Shown here: positions 55,571 through 64,000 of the stretch, piece by piece
Position numbering within the stretch: the first letter of the stretch is position 1
How the letters are laid out: the number at the start of each line of letters is the position of its first letter
Origin: Salinispira sp.
Lineage (GTDB): Bacteria; Spirochaetota; Spirochaetia; DSM-27196; Salinispiraceae
DNA: 64,000 nt
NCBI GenBank assembly: GCA_965602015.1
Contig: OZ271918.1
Coordinates: forward strand, 3,168,001 to 3,232,000
Direction of reading: 5' to 3'
Notes under the pieces: model-generated
What the model saw: only the letters and a program-made list of their open reading frames with translations
The model's database searches: none
What the model was told of the DNA's origin: nothing
Position numbers and translations under genes: made by a program

Positions 55571-58207
55571 ATGATAAAACGTATAAAAACCCTGCTGACA
55601 ACAGTACTCATGAGCGGCGCATTGCTGCTCGCCCTGTCCTGCGTCAGTGCGCCGGAGGCTGAAGCCGAACCGGTATCGACGGGAATCATGATTTTTAATC
55701 GAGGAACCGACATGGAAAGCATCGATCAACTGCTCGCAGCCAGGAAGATCCCCGCAGAGGACTACGAACGATACCGGGATGTTTCGGCAATCACCATCGA
55801 ATCGGGCAGCCGGGAACAGTACGTATTCGGCGACAATATTTCAGGTTACTGGGAGGGCATAAGCCACTCCTACCGCCGGGCAAACGGCTACCAGATTGCC
55901 GAAAGCGTCGTCCTGGCCGATATTGCCGCCGCAGCGAACGGTTCCCTGGTAAACCGCCGTATCGCCGCGGAGCAGGCCGTCCTGCGCCCAGGGGAGATCA
56001 TTCATGAATACCCCGGATTTTCCGAGGGCCTGTACCTTTTAGGCGGTGAGCACAGCATGGCTCTGACCCTGGAATCGACTGGAGAACCGGCCTACATGTC
56101 GTTCTTTCCGGCATTCAAAACGAGCTTAAACCGCTACCAAATCCGCATCGAAGAAGGAGTCTTCCTCCTGGTTCCTTCCCGCACATCGGCGGATTACCCC
56201 GCGGTCATTGCCGTTTCCTCATCGGTCCCCATGCAGATGGCTGAGAATCTGGCAGCCTCCTTCGGCCGGGTCACCGACGGCGGAAGAGTCAGCGTTAACG
56301 GGGCACCCTCCCAGCTCACAGAGATCCTAGCGGATGTGGATGTGGATACCCTGATCCAGTCCGAGAGGGAAATCAGGAACGCCATCAACGTCTCGGACCG
56401 CAGTCCCCTGCTGAGCTTCACCAGCACGGAACCGCAACTCCGTGCAGAGTTCTTCGTCAGTTTCGGTTATGATGAGGCCGATGCGCTGGAGCGGGCAAAA
56501 CGGGTGAGAGACGGGGGTATACGCCGGCACCAGGCTGACACCGCGGAACTCAGCCTGGCGAGCCGGATTTTCTTTCCCGATGTGGAGCTGGAACGAGCAC
56601 TCTACTGGAGCGCCTATTCGGGCTATACCATGGTGACCCGGCAGTACGGCACGGGCATCTGGGCAGGCCTGCCCTGGTTCAGGCAAAACTGGGGCCGTGA
56701 CACCTTCATAGCCCTTCCGGGAATACTCCTGACCACCGGAAGATTCGCCGACGCCCGGGATGTCCTGCACACTTTTTCCCAGTTTCAAAACCTCGACTCA
56801 GCGGATGCCACCTACGGAAGGGTGCCGAACAGGGTAAATAATCCGGATGACATTATCTACAACACAACCGACGGTACCCCCTGGCTGATTCGCGAAGCCG
56901 AGGAATACATGCAATACAGCGGGGACCTGGAGTTCGCCGGGGAAATCCTCGACCTGGCCCGTCATTACATCGACGGGGCGCTGCAGAATTTCGTTGGAGA
57001 TGACGGACTGCTCTACCACGATGATGCGGATACCTGGATGGACGCCCGCATCAACGGCGATGCCCCCTGGTCCGCCCGGGGCAACCGGGCGGTTGATATC
57101 CAGGCGCTGTGGTACCGCTCACTGCTGTCCGCCGCGTCCATCGCCAGGATATCCGGCGAGGACGATCTGGCGCTGCAATGGGAGGCGCTGGCTGAAACCG
57201 CCCGCAGCTCCTTTAGCGCCCAGTTCTGGGACGGCGAACTCCTGGCGGACCGGATACGTCCCGACGACAGCCGGGATACCAAGGCCAGGCCAAACCAGCT
57301 CATGGCCATTTCAGTGCCCTATCTGGGAGACTTCAGTGAAGGGCAATTCATCTCGCCTGATATTCAGGCGGCAGTGGTGAAAAATTCCGTAGACAGCCTT
57401 TTGTATCCCCACGGCATCGCAAGCCTCGATCCCGGACATCCGTACTTCCACCCCCGGCACGATCAGACCGGAATGTTTCACAAGGACGCGGCGTATCACA
57501 ACGGAACAATCTGGGGCTGGAACGCCGGTCCCGCCCTTACCGCCATGCTCAAGCTCGGAGCCGCAGAACTCTCGGGCGGGTTGATTCTCAACCTGGCTTA
57601 TCAGATCAACAGCCTCGGCACTCTCGGAAGCATGTCCGAGCTCGTCGAGCCGCTTCTCGCCGAGGACGGAAGCGTGGTGCCGTCGGGAACCTTTTCCCAG
57701 GCCTGGAGCGTCAGCGAATTTACCAGGGTCCTTCATCAGGATGTGCTTGGATTCCGGCCGCGGCTTCTGGAGGGCCGGGTTGCCCTGTCGCCGATGATCC
57801 CGCAGAGCATCCTTGGTCCCGGAGAAACAATCGATGCCCGTTTTTCCTTTGGTGATGGGCTGGCTCTTAACGTGACCGTTGACCAAGATGGTGCAAACAA
57901 CCGGGAATACCGAATCCTTCTCGAGGGCGGAGCTCCGCTTGCGCTGGATTTCGCCTCCCATAATTCTTTGAGAGGATGGCAGGGCGCTTCATTTAATCTG
58001 ACGCCCGGAGAAGAACTCATCATCCGGACAGCTGCGGACGGTTCTGCCCTTGACGGAACCGCATGGGAAACCCTGTTTCCCGCCTTTCCCGAAATGGTGG
58101 CAGGCCTGAGCTTTCGCGACCCCGTTGCGGACGGAGAAAGACCTTACCCGGCAATGGAGGAATCGAACTACTTAAAAACAATCATCGAGGCCGGAGACTT
58201 CCGCTAA
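55571..58207 (+). CDS. Lipoprotein amylo-alpha-1,6-glucosidase (GDE_C/GH133-like debranching enzyme)
   Basis: Lipobox ALSC. AGLPWFRQNWGRDTFIALPG, YNTTDGTPW, TWMDA, RPNQ, YHNGTIWGW, QAWSVSE. Start 55571 (alternative 55562). Confidence 0.9.
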   Translation: MIKRIKTLLTTVLMSGALLLALSCVSAPEAEAEPVSTGIMIFNRGTDMESIDQLLAARKIPAEDYERYRDVSAITIESGSREQYVFGDNISGYWEGISHSYRRANGYQIAESVVLADIAAAANGSLVNRRIAAEQAVLRPGEIIHEYPGFSEGLYLLGGEHSMALTLESTGEPAYMSFFPAFKTSLNRYQIRIEEGVFLLVPSRTSADYPAVIAVSSSVPMQMAENLAASFGRVTDGGRVSVNGAPSQLTEILADVDVDTLIQSEREIRNAINVSDRSPLLSFTSTEPQLRAEFFVSFGYDEADALERAKRVRDGGIRRHQADTAELSLASRIFFPDVELERALYWSAYSGYTMVTRQYGTGIWAGLPWFRQNWGRDTFIALPGILLTTGRFADARDVLHTFSQFQNLDSADATYGRVPNRVNNPDDIIYNTTDGTPWLIREAEEYMQYSGDLEFAGEILDLARHYIDGALQNFVGDDGLLYHDDADTWMDARINGDAPWSARGNRAVDIQALWYRSLLSAASIARISGEDDLALQWEALAETARSSFSAQFWDGELLADRIRPDDSRDTKARPNQLMAISVPYLGDFSEGQFISPDIQAAVVKNSVDSLLYPHGIASLDPGHPYFHPRHDQTGMFHKDAAYHNGTIWGWNAGPALTAMLKLGAAELSGGLILNLAYQINSLGTLGSMSELVEPLLAEDGSVVPSGTFSQAWSVSEFTRVLHQDVLGFRPRLLEGRVALSPMIPQSILGPGETIDARFSFGDGLALNVTVDQDGANNREYRILLEGGAPLALDFASHNSLRGWQGASFNLTPGEELIIRTAADGSALDGTAWETLFPAFPEMVAGLSFRDPVADGERPYPAMEESNYLKTIIEAGDFR

Positions 58208-58257
58208 AAATCCGGCTCGACATTGCCTTTTTGGCGGAATCGGGATTAACTGTAGTT

Positions 58258-59541
58258 ATGGAGTCCCCGGGCAGCCTGTTAATCCTGTTTTCCGCCGTAC
58301 AGTCCTTCTTCTCCCATCATATGCTCCTGAGCATCGGCTTGCTTCTGCTGACCGGTTTCTTCCTTGCGAAACTCGCGGGGAAGGCCCGGCTGCCCGAGGT
58401 TACGGGATTCATCATCGCAGGCATCCTCCTCGGCGAAAGCGTGCTGGGTTTTGTCCCCCATCATGTGGCCGCGGAAATGTCCTTGATAACCGAGGTCGCA
58501 CTCGGGCTGATAGCCCTTACCATTGGCGGCGAGTTTTACTGGGTGAAGTTAAAAACAATGGGCCGCGGCGTGGTCATCATTACGGTTATACAAATAATTG
58601 CGGCGTTTCTCACTACCACCCTGGGGCTGTGGCTGTTTCGCATGGAACTGCCCTACGCAATGTTGCTGGGAGCCATATCCACGGCCACTGCCCCGGCAGC
58701 CACCGTCGCCATCGTGCAAAGCCTCAACGCCACGGGAAAATTCGTTGACTATCTCTACGGAGTCGTCGCACTCGACGACGCAGGGGCGGTGATTATTTTC
58801 GGCGTGGTATTTGCGGTGGTCAGCGCTGTCGCGGGTCCTCAGGCGGCGGACGCCCTCATGGAGGCGCATGCAGGCGGCACCCTCATGATAATCGGCGAAG
58901 CCCTTTTTGAGGTTGCAGCCAGCGTGCTTCTCGGGATTCTCTCGGGCTATCTTATCCACAGTCTTGTCCGGAAAAACCGGAAGCCCAATGAAATTATGAT
59001 TATCACACTCGGCGTCGCCTTTTTTACCATCGGCGGGGCTTCGGCCTTTCATCTATCACCGTTGCTCACCAACATGGCTGCCGGAGCGGTAATTATCAAT
59101 CTCGGCGCCAGGAACCACCGGATTTTCCATATCATCGAACCCCTCACTCCACCGATCTATGCCCTCTTTTTCGTCCTGGCGGGAACCGAGCTCAACCTGA
59201 GCATTCTGGCCGATACCCGCGTTCTGCTTCTCGGGCTGGTGTACATTGCCTTCCGGTCTGTGGGGAAGTACGGCGGCGTGTTCCTCGGAGCAAAAATCGC
59301 AAAATCCCCCCGGAGCATACAGCGGTACCTGGGTCTGTGCATGCTCCCCCAGGCGGGAGTGGCCATCGGGCTGACGCTTATGATCCAGGCCTCGCCCTTC
59401 GGGCACTATCTTTTAGAGAATAACCCCGCGATACTCGATGACATCCTGAATATTGTGTTGATCTCCGTATTCGTCAATGAACTTGCCGGACCGCCTATCT
59501 CCAAGCACGCGCTGGTTCGAGGCCTGGAGCTGGAGGAGTAA
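58258..59541 (+). CDS. CPA2-family cation:proton antiporter
   Basis: LPEVTGFIIAGILLG, ATAPAAT, VALDDA, FFVLAG, RSVGKYGG, PQAGVAIGL, NELAGP. Confidence 0.92.
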   Translation: MESPGSLLILFSAVQSFFSHHMLLSIGLLLLTGFFLAKLAGKARLPEVTGFIIAGILLGESVLGFVPHHVAAEMSLITEVALGLIALTIGGEFYWVKLKTMGRGVVIITVIQIIAAFLTTTLGLWLFRMELPYAMLLGAISTATAPAATVAIVQSLNATGKFVDYLYGVVALDDAGAVIIFGVVFAVVSAVAGPQAADALMEAHAGGTLMIIGEALFEVAASVLLGILSGYLIHSLVRKNRKPNEIMIITLGVAFFTIGGASAFHLSPLLTNMAAGAVIINLGARNHRIFHIIEPLTPPIYALFFVLAGTELNLSILADTRVLLLGLVYIAFRSVGKYGGVFLGAKIAKSPRSIQRYLGLCMLPQAGVAIGLTLMIQASPFGHYLLENNPAILDDILNIVLISVFVNELAGPPISKHALVRGLELEE

Positions 59542-59544
59542 TCC

Positions 59545-60369
59545 ATGGAATTATTCGATAGTTTGGAAAAACAGTGCTGCCGCATAGGTCTCAGGGGGAA
59601 GAACAAGCGGGAAGTCCTGCATGAACTGGCGACCCTCGCCTGCCGCTCCAGCGCTCTGGATGAAAGCCGAATCGAAGAGGTATTCGCTGCCCTGGAAAAA
59701 CGGGAATCTCAGGGGTCTACGGGATTCGGCGGCGCAGTGGCCATCCCCCATGCCCGGCTAAGCAATATGGACAGCTTTGCCCTCGCCATCGGAGTTCACA
59801 GCGACGGAATTGACTTCGACGCCCTCGACAAAAAGCGGGTGCGCCTGTTTTTTATCATTCTAGGCCCCGAGGAGGATGTGAACCAGCACCTGAAAATACT
59901 GGCTGCGGTTTCAAGAGCCCTCACCCGAAGTTCAGCGAAAAAAGAGATACTCGCGGCGCAGGGCAACGAAGCGGTTTACGAGGCCTTCCTGAGAAACGTC
60001 GAAAGCCTGGGAGAAGAACGAAAGGAGAAACCGAAACTCAAACTCCTGGTGCTCATCCTCTTCCTGGAGGAGTATGTCTACGATGTTCTGGAACTCTACC
60101 TGCAGAAGGGCATTGAGGGGGCAACCGTGCTGGACAGTTTCGGCATGGGAGAATACATCAGCAATGTACCGCTGTTTGCCACATTTATCGGATTCATGCA
60201 GGAAAAGAAAAACCATTCCAAGACAATATTGGCGATGATTCCGGAAAATATGGAATCCGAGCTGGTGGAATCCATAGAGGGAATTGTCGGCGACCTGGAC
60301 AAAAAGCAGGGCGCCATGCTCTTCAGCCTGGACGTGGGCATGTACAAGGGCAGCATGAAAATGCTCTGA
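59545..60369 (+). CDS. PTS EIIA(Fru/Ntr)-domain protein fused to C-terminal PII-like domain
   Basis: RESQGSTGFGGAVAIPHAR phospho-His motif and HLKILAAVSR. C terminus KLLVLIL...GIEGATVLDSFGMG...KTIL...GAMLFSLDV is GlnB-like. Confidence 0.85.
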   Translation: MELFDSLEKQCCRIGLRGKNKREVLHELATLACRSSALDESRIEEVFAALEKRESQGSTGFGGAVAIPHARLSNMDSFALAIGVHSDGIDFDALDKKRVRLFFIILGPEEDVNQHLKILAAVSRALTRSSAKKEILAAQGNEAVYEAFLRNVESLGEERKEKPKLKLLVLILFLEEYVYDVLELYLQKGIEGATVLDSFGMGEYISNVPLFATFIGFMQEKKNHSKTILAMIPENMESELVESIEGIVGDLDKKQGAMLFSLDVGMYKGSMKML

Positions 60370-60380
60370 CCCTTCGTTTT

Positions 60381-62645
60381 TTACGTGAGCTTGTCCTCCA
60401 TGGCTTCCAGACGGCGGTACTCCACCTCCAAATCGCTGAGGTAGTGGTTGATTTCTCCAGTCTGGGTCCGAAGGCTGTCGACAGGCGGCAGATCCGCGAG
60501 CTCCGGGGTCCGCTTCATACGGACGAGATCAAGCTGGAGCTGCCGCAGGGAGTTGATCGCCGAGCTTATCCGCACTTTGAGCATCTGCTGTTGGTTCTGA
60601 AGCTCATAATATGATGACTGCTGCTTTTTTATCGATTCGATAGAACGTTCGAGCTCGACAATCAGGTCCGGGTTGCCGGTCTTGTCCCGCTGTTTCTGCA
60701 AATCCAGAAGTTCGCCCTCAAGCCTGGTCATGGGTATGGCCTGCAGGGTCTTGTTTATCTCCTGATCTTTACGGCTCAGCTCAACGACCTGCTGCACGTA
60801 GTTTTCAAGAACCTGTTCGAAATCCTCCCCGAGCTGCGACCGGTCCTTCATGCCGGCGATCTGAGCCAGCACGCCTGCCTTGAGGTTCATGGCCTCGGCT
60901 TCCATGGGGCTCAATGAACGAGAGGGAAGAGCAGTTTTCGCGCTGAGCTTAAGCTTCCTGGCGTTTTTAATCTGAGAGACCGGAACACCCATTTCTTCCA
61001 ATTCCGCAAGGGCATCGGCCTCCTTGCGCTTGAAGCCGGGCAGACCGCCGAACACCCCAATGGACATGGCCGCAATGGGTATGAGAGACCAGGGTACCCC
61101 GGGCGAGGTAATGATGTTTATTCCAGCCAGAAACAGACTGGTCGCCACGGTGGAGACCAGATTGCCCCAGTAGTTGTTGCGGGCTTTGTTCAGTTTGCGA
61201 AGCCGTTTTAACTGCTGCTTATTTACTGCGGGCAGTGCCTGGAGCTCCCGGGCCTCGTTGCGTTTCCGCCGGATCGAAGCGATATGGGTTACCAGGCCGA
61301 TTCCCCAGCCCGCCGCCGGAAAAAAGAACCAGGGAAAGCCGGCTCCGGTAAACAGCCAGATTGCGAACAATCCCCCGTTCACCGCTAGGTATGAGCCTAT
61401 ATGGCCCCGCATGCCTGATTCCATTTTTTGCAGACTTTTCATGGTCTGAGCCCGGTATTCCTGGATCAGCTGCTGATCCTGCCAGCTGTCGTAGGGGGTG
61501 TCCAGCACCCGGTCCCAGGCCTTCTCGAGCATTTTATCTTCTTTGTCATCCTCGCCGAATCCCCGGCGGTCTGGAATGGGCAGTACCTGACGATCGTTCT
61601 GCAGCTGGTATTCCATGCGCCGTTCCCGGCCCCGTACGCTGTGCCGGCCCCGTTCGAACTCCCTGCCGATTTCATGGGCAATTTCCCTGCCCACATTCCC
61701 GACTTCCCGGGCGGCCCGCCGGAGATTGTAGGGGAATTCCCTGGGGTCCACACTCTGCTCCCCGGAGGCAGCTGCTCCCGGTGCTGCTGCACTGGTTGAA
61801 GCCTGATCAGCGCCGCTTGCGGGAGACAGAAATCCTTTCTTGACCATGTCCTGAAGAAATCCGTCGATTTTCGGAGAGTTGCCGGGTATTACCGCCCGGA
61901 CCTGAGTTACGCTCAGACGGCGGCCGGCCCGTTTTATCTCTCCCATGACCAGGGCCTTGAGCTCATTGAGATCAACTTCGGGCTCGATGGTTTTCCCGGT
62001 ATCGGCGCCGGAAGCCGTCCCGTCTTTTGAAGAGTGTGAGCTGCGCTCCTGCTCGAGCATTTCGGCGGCTTCTTTTATTTCCCCGGAGATTTCAGCGGAA
62101 TGAGCTTCCTTGTCCTCTCCCTTTCCGTTGGTAAGGATTTCATAGGCCCGGATTTCCCGTTTGATATTCTTGAGCTTTACAGCACCGAGCTCTTTGATGG
62201 GGATTTCATCGATTTTATTGTTCACCAGGTTATACACGTCCTGAGAGATGCAAATTCTACCGGGATTACAGATACTCTGCAGCCGGCTGGCGATATTGAT
62301 TCCCTCCCCGAGGGCGTCGTTTTCGTAAAAGTAAATATCGCCCAGATGCACCCCGATTCTCAGCACCAGGGTAAAATCCGGATTCTCCCGATTTCTCTGT
62401 TCCAGGTCGTTCTGGATTTTGACGGCGCAGTTGACGGCGTTGACCGTATTGGGGAAATCAATAAGAAAAGCGTCCCCGATGGTCTTGATAACCGAACCTC
62501 TGAGTTCTTCTGTATGTTTCTGGACGATACCGTTATGATATTCCAGAAGTTCGAGGGTGGCTTTTTCGTTCTCCTCCATCATGCGGCTGAAGCCGACTAT
62601 ATCGGTAAACATGATGGCGGCGAGGCGGTACTCTTTCGGATCCAT
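60381..62645 (-). CDS. Class III adenylate cyclase fused to two 2TM modules and a C-terminal coiled coil
   Basis: MFTDIVGFS, IKTIGDAFL, DALGEGINIASRLQ. 2TM motif HIGSYLAVN...PWFFFPAAGWGIGLVTH plus a second copy. Confidence 0.88.
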   Translation of the reverse strand: MDPKEYRLAAIMFTDIVGFSRMMEENEKATLELLEYHNGIVQKHTEELRGSVIKTIGDAFLIDFPNTVNAVNCAVKIQNDLEQRNRENPDFTLVLRIGVHLGDIYFYENDALGEGINIASRLQSICNPGRICISQDVYNLVNNKIDEIPIKELGAVKLKNIKREIRAYEILTNGKGEDKEAHSAEISGEIKEAAEMLEQERSSHSSKDGTASGADTGKTIEPEVDLNELKALVMGEIKRAGRRLSVTQVRAVIPGNSPKIDGFLQDMVKKGFLSPASGADQASTSAAAPGAAASGEQSVDPREFPYNLRRAAREVGNVGREIAHEIGREFERGRHSVRGRERRMEYQLQNDRQVLPIPDRRGFGEDDKEDKMLEKAWDRVLDTPYDSWQDQQLIQEYRAQTMKSLQKMESGMRGHIGSYLAVNGGLFAIWLFTGAGFPWFFFPAAGWGIGLVTHIASIRRKRNEARELQALPAVNKQQLKRLRKLNKARNNYWGNLVSTVATSLFLAGINIITSPGVPWSLIPIAAMSIGVFGGLPGFKRKEADALAELEEMGVPVSQIKNARKLKLSAKTALPSRSLSPMEAEAMNLKAGVLAQIAGMKDRSQLGEDFEQVLENYVQQVVELSRKDQEINKTLQAIPMTRLEGELLDLQKQRDKTGNPDLIVELERSIESIKKQQSSYYELQNQQQMLKVRISSAINSLRQLQLDLVRMKRTPELADLPPVDSLRTQTGEINHYLSDLEVEYRRLEAMEDKLT

Positions 62646-62651
62646 ATCATG

Positions 62652-62680
62652 ATGTTAAGAGTTGAAACCGCCTAAGTCAA
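62652..62680 (-). promoter_or_regulatory. Sigma70 promoter giving leaderless cyclase mRNA
   Basis: TTGACT-N17-TAACAT-6 nt-ATG(62645), with no SD. Confidence 0.7.
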
Positions 62681-62695
62681 CCAAAGGGAGGGAGG

Positions 62696-64000
62696 ATGGC
62701 AAAAAACAAATCGTCGTACTACCTGTGCAGCGAATGCGGCCACCGGGAAGCCAAATGGAGCGGCCAATGCCCGTCCTGCGGCCAGTGGAACAGCATGGAA
62801 CTCACCCAGGCTCCCGCCGGCAATCAGACCCGTAGCCGGAGCATCAGTACAGCTGCTGCGGGCACGTCTGCCGGGCCTTCTGCATCCCAGAGACTGTCTC
62901 AGGTGAGCCTGCGGGAAGACGTCCGTCTAGACTCGGGCATAGGGGAGTTGGACAGGGTGCTGGGCGGAGGCATAATCCGGGGGTCTTCGGTGCTCCTGGG
63001 CGGAGAACCGGGCATCGGCAAATCTACCCTCATGCTGCAGGCGGCGGCGGCCTACGGAACAAAGGGCAGGGTCCTGTACATTTCCGGGGAGGAAGCGGTG
63101 CAGCAGATAACCCTGCGAGCCAGGCGTCTGGGCATCGGCGACCCGGAAATTTTCCTGAAAAACAGCTCGATTGCCGAGGACTGCGCGGAAGAGATTCTCA
63201 ACATGCGGCCAGAGGTGGTGATTATCGACTCCATCCAGACCCTGCTTACTGCCGATTCTTCAGGAGCGCCGGGCAGCCCCAATCAGGTGAAGTATTCGGT
63301 TCAGATCATCACCGAGGCAGCCAGGGCCGCGGGGTCCAGCTGCTTTTTTATCGCCCATGTCACGAAGGAAGGGGCCATCGCCGGTCCGAAGCAGGTGGAG
63401 CATCTGGTTGACGCGGTTCTCTACTTTGATCATTCGGACCAGGAACTGCGCTTTCTTCGGGCCAGTAAGAATCGCTTCGGTTCGAGCGATGAAGTAGGTT
63501 TGTTTTCCATGCAGGCCGACGGTCTTGTGGAAGTGGCGGATCCCAACAATCTCTTCCTCAGCGATTTGGGCGACCAGGTGCCCGCGGGAACCGCAATCGT
63601 GCCGGTGTACGAGGGGAGCCGCATTCTCATGGTGGAAATTCAGGCGCTCACCGTACCGGGCAAGGGCGGCTTTGGACGGGTGTACTCTGACCGAATAGAT
63701 CAACGGAGAGTCAGCCGGGTGGCCGCGGTGCTAGAGAAACACCTTAAGCTGAGACTGTCGGACCAGGATATTTACGTAAACGTCGCGGGAGGAATCCGCC
63801 TGACAGATGTGGGAATCGAGCTCGCCCTGGCCATGGCCCTGTACTCCGCCCGTACCGGCATCGCCCTTCCGGCCAAGGCCGCACTATGCGGCGAGCTGAG
63901 CCTTTCGGGTCAAATCAGGTCAGTTCCCCACATCAGACGGCGAAGCGTCCAAGCCGTCGACCTTGGGTACGGACCTCTTCTCATTCCCGCCGGGCGGAAC
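62696..64000 (+). CDS. radA: DNA repair protein RadA/Sms, 3' truncated
   Basis: Absent from the ORF track because it has no stop in the window. ATG 62696 after GGAGG, C4 zinc finger CSECG..KWSGQCPSC, GGEPGIGKSTL, SGEE, DSIQT, KNRFG. Confidence 0.96.
   Translation, partial: MAKNKSSYYLCSECGHREAKWSGQCPSCGQWNSMELTQAPAGNQTRSRSISTAAAGTSAGPSASQRLSQVSLREDVRLDSGIGELDRVLGGGIIRGSSVLLGGEPGIGKSTLMLQAAAAYGTKGRVLYISGEEAVQQITLRARRLGIGDPEIFLKNSSIAEDCAEEILNMRPEVVIIDSIQTLLTADSSGAPGSPNQVKYSVQIITEAARAAGSSCFFIAHVTKEGAIAGPKQVEHLVDAVLYFDHSDQELRFLRASKNRFGSSDEVGLFSMQADGLVEVADPNNLFLSDLGDQVPAGTAIVPVYEGSRILMVEIQALTVPGKGGFGRVYSDRIDQRRVSRVAAVLEKHLKLRLSDQDIYVNVAGGIRLTDVGIELALAMALYSARTGIALPAKAALCGELSLSGQIRSVPHIRRRSVQAVDLGYGPLLIPAGRN

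Noticed and set aside
60381..62645. Cyclase + TM as a Pycsar/CBASS-like defence system
   Set aside because: Specificity residues are adenine-type, there is no separate effector gene, and the context is housekeeping (radA) rather than a defence island.

Overview
A 64-kb, gene-dense, moderately GC-rich bacterial chromosomal segment. It is most consistent with a free-living Spirochaetia, an inference from the protein families, flgM and the many lipoproteins. I found no rRNA, tRNA, CRISPR array, transposase or integrase. Housekeeping genes include a Lon-like protease (5' truncated), glutaredoxin/OsmC, trmH, flgM, rsmI, aspS, serA, a cyclophilin-FKBP PPIase and radA (3' truncated). Accessory blocks: (1) a sigma54-driven TolC/MacAB-type efflux operon with its own sensor kinase and NtrC-type activator plus paired TGT-N11-ACA enhancer sites; (2) an ABC-2 exporter preceded by an unannotated 36-aa leader peptide with terminator/antiterminator; (3) a dispersed alpha-glucan regulon made mostly of lipoprotein enzymes and linked by a GGAAACGTTTCC LacI-type operator; (4) an 8-kb block of two divergent acidic lipoproteins that both begin C-D-F-(I/L)-G, followed by MMPL/RND + LolA-like + beta-barrel genes, a candidate dedicated lipoprotein export system; (5) a CPA2 antiporter paired with a PTS EIIA-PII-like fusion; (6) two class III cyclases and a degenerate GGDEF protein. 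Also notable are a perfectly palindromic bidirectional promoter, several apparently leaderless genes and a metal-less ADH homologue. All calls come from motif reading only; no database searches were run.
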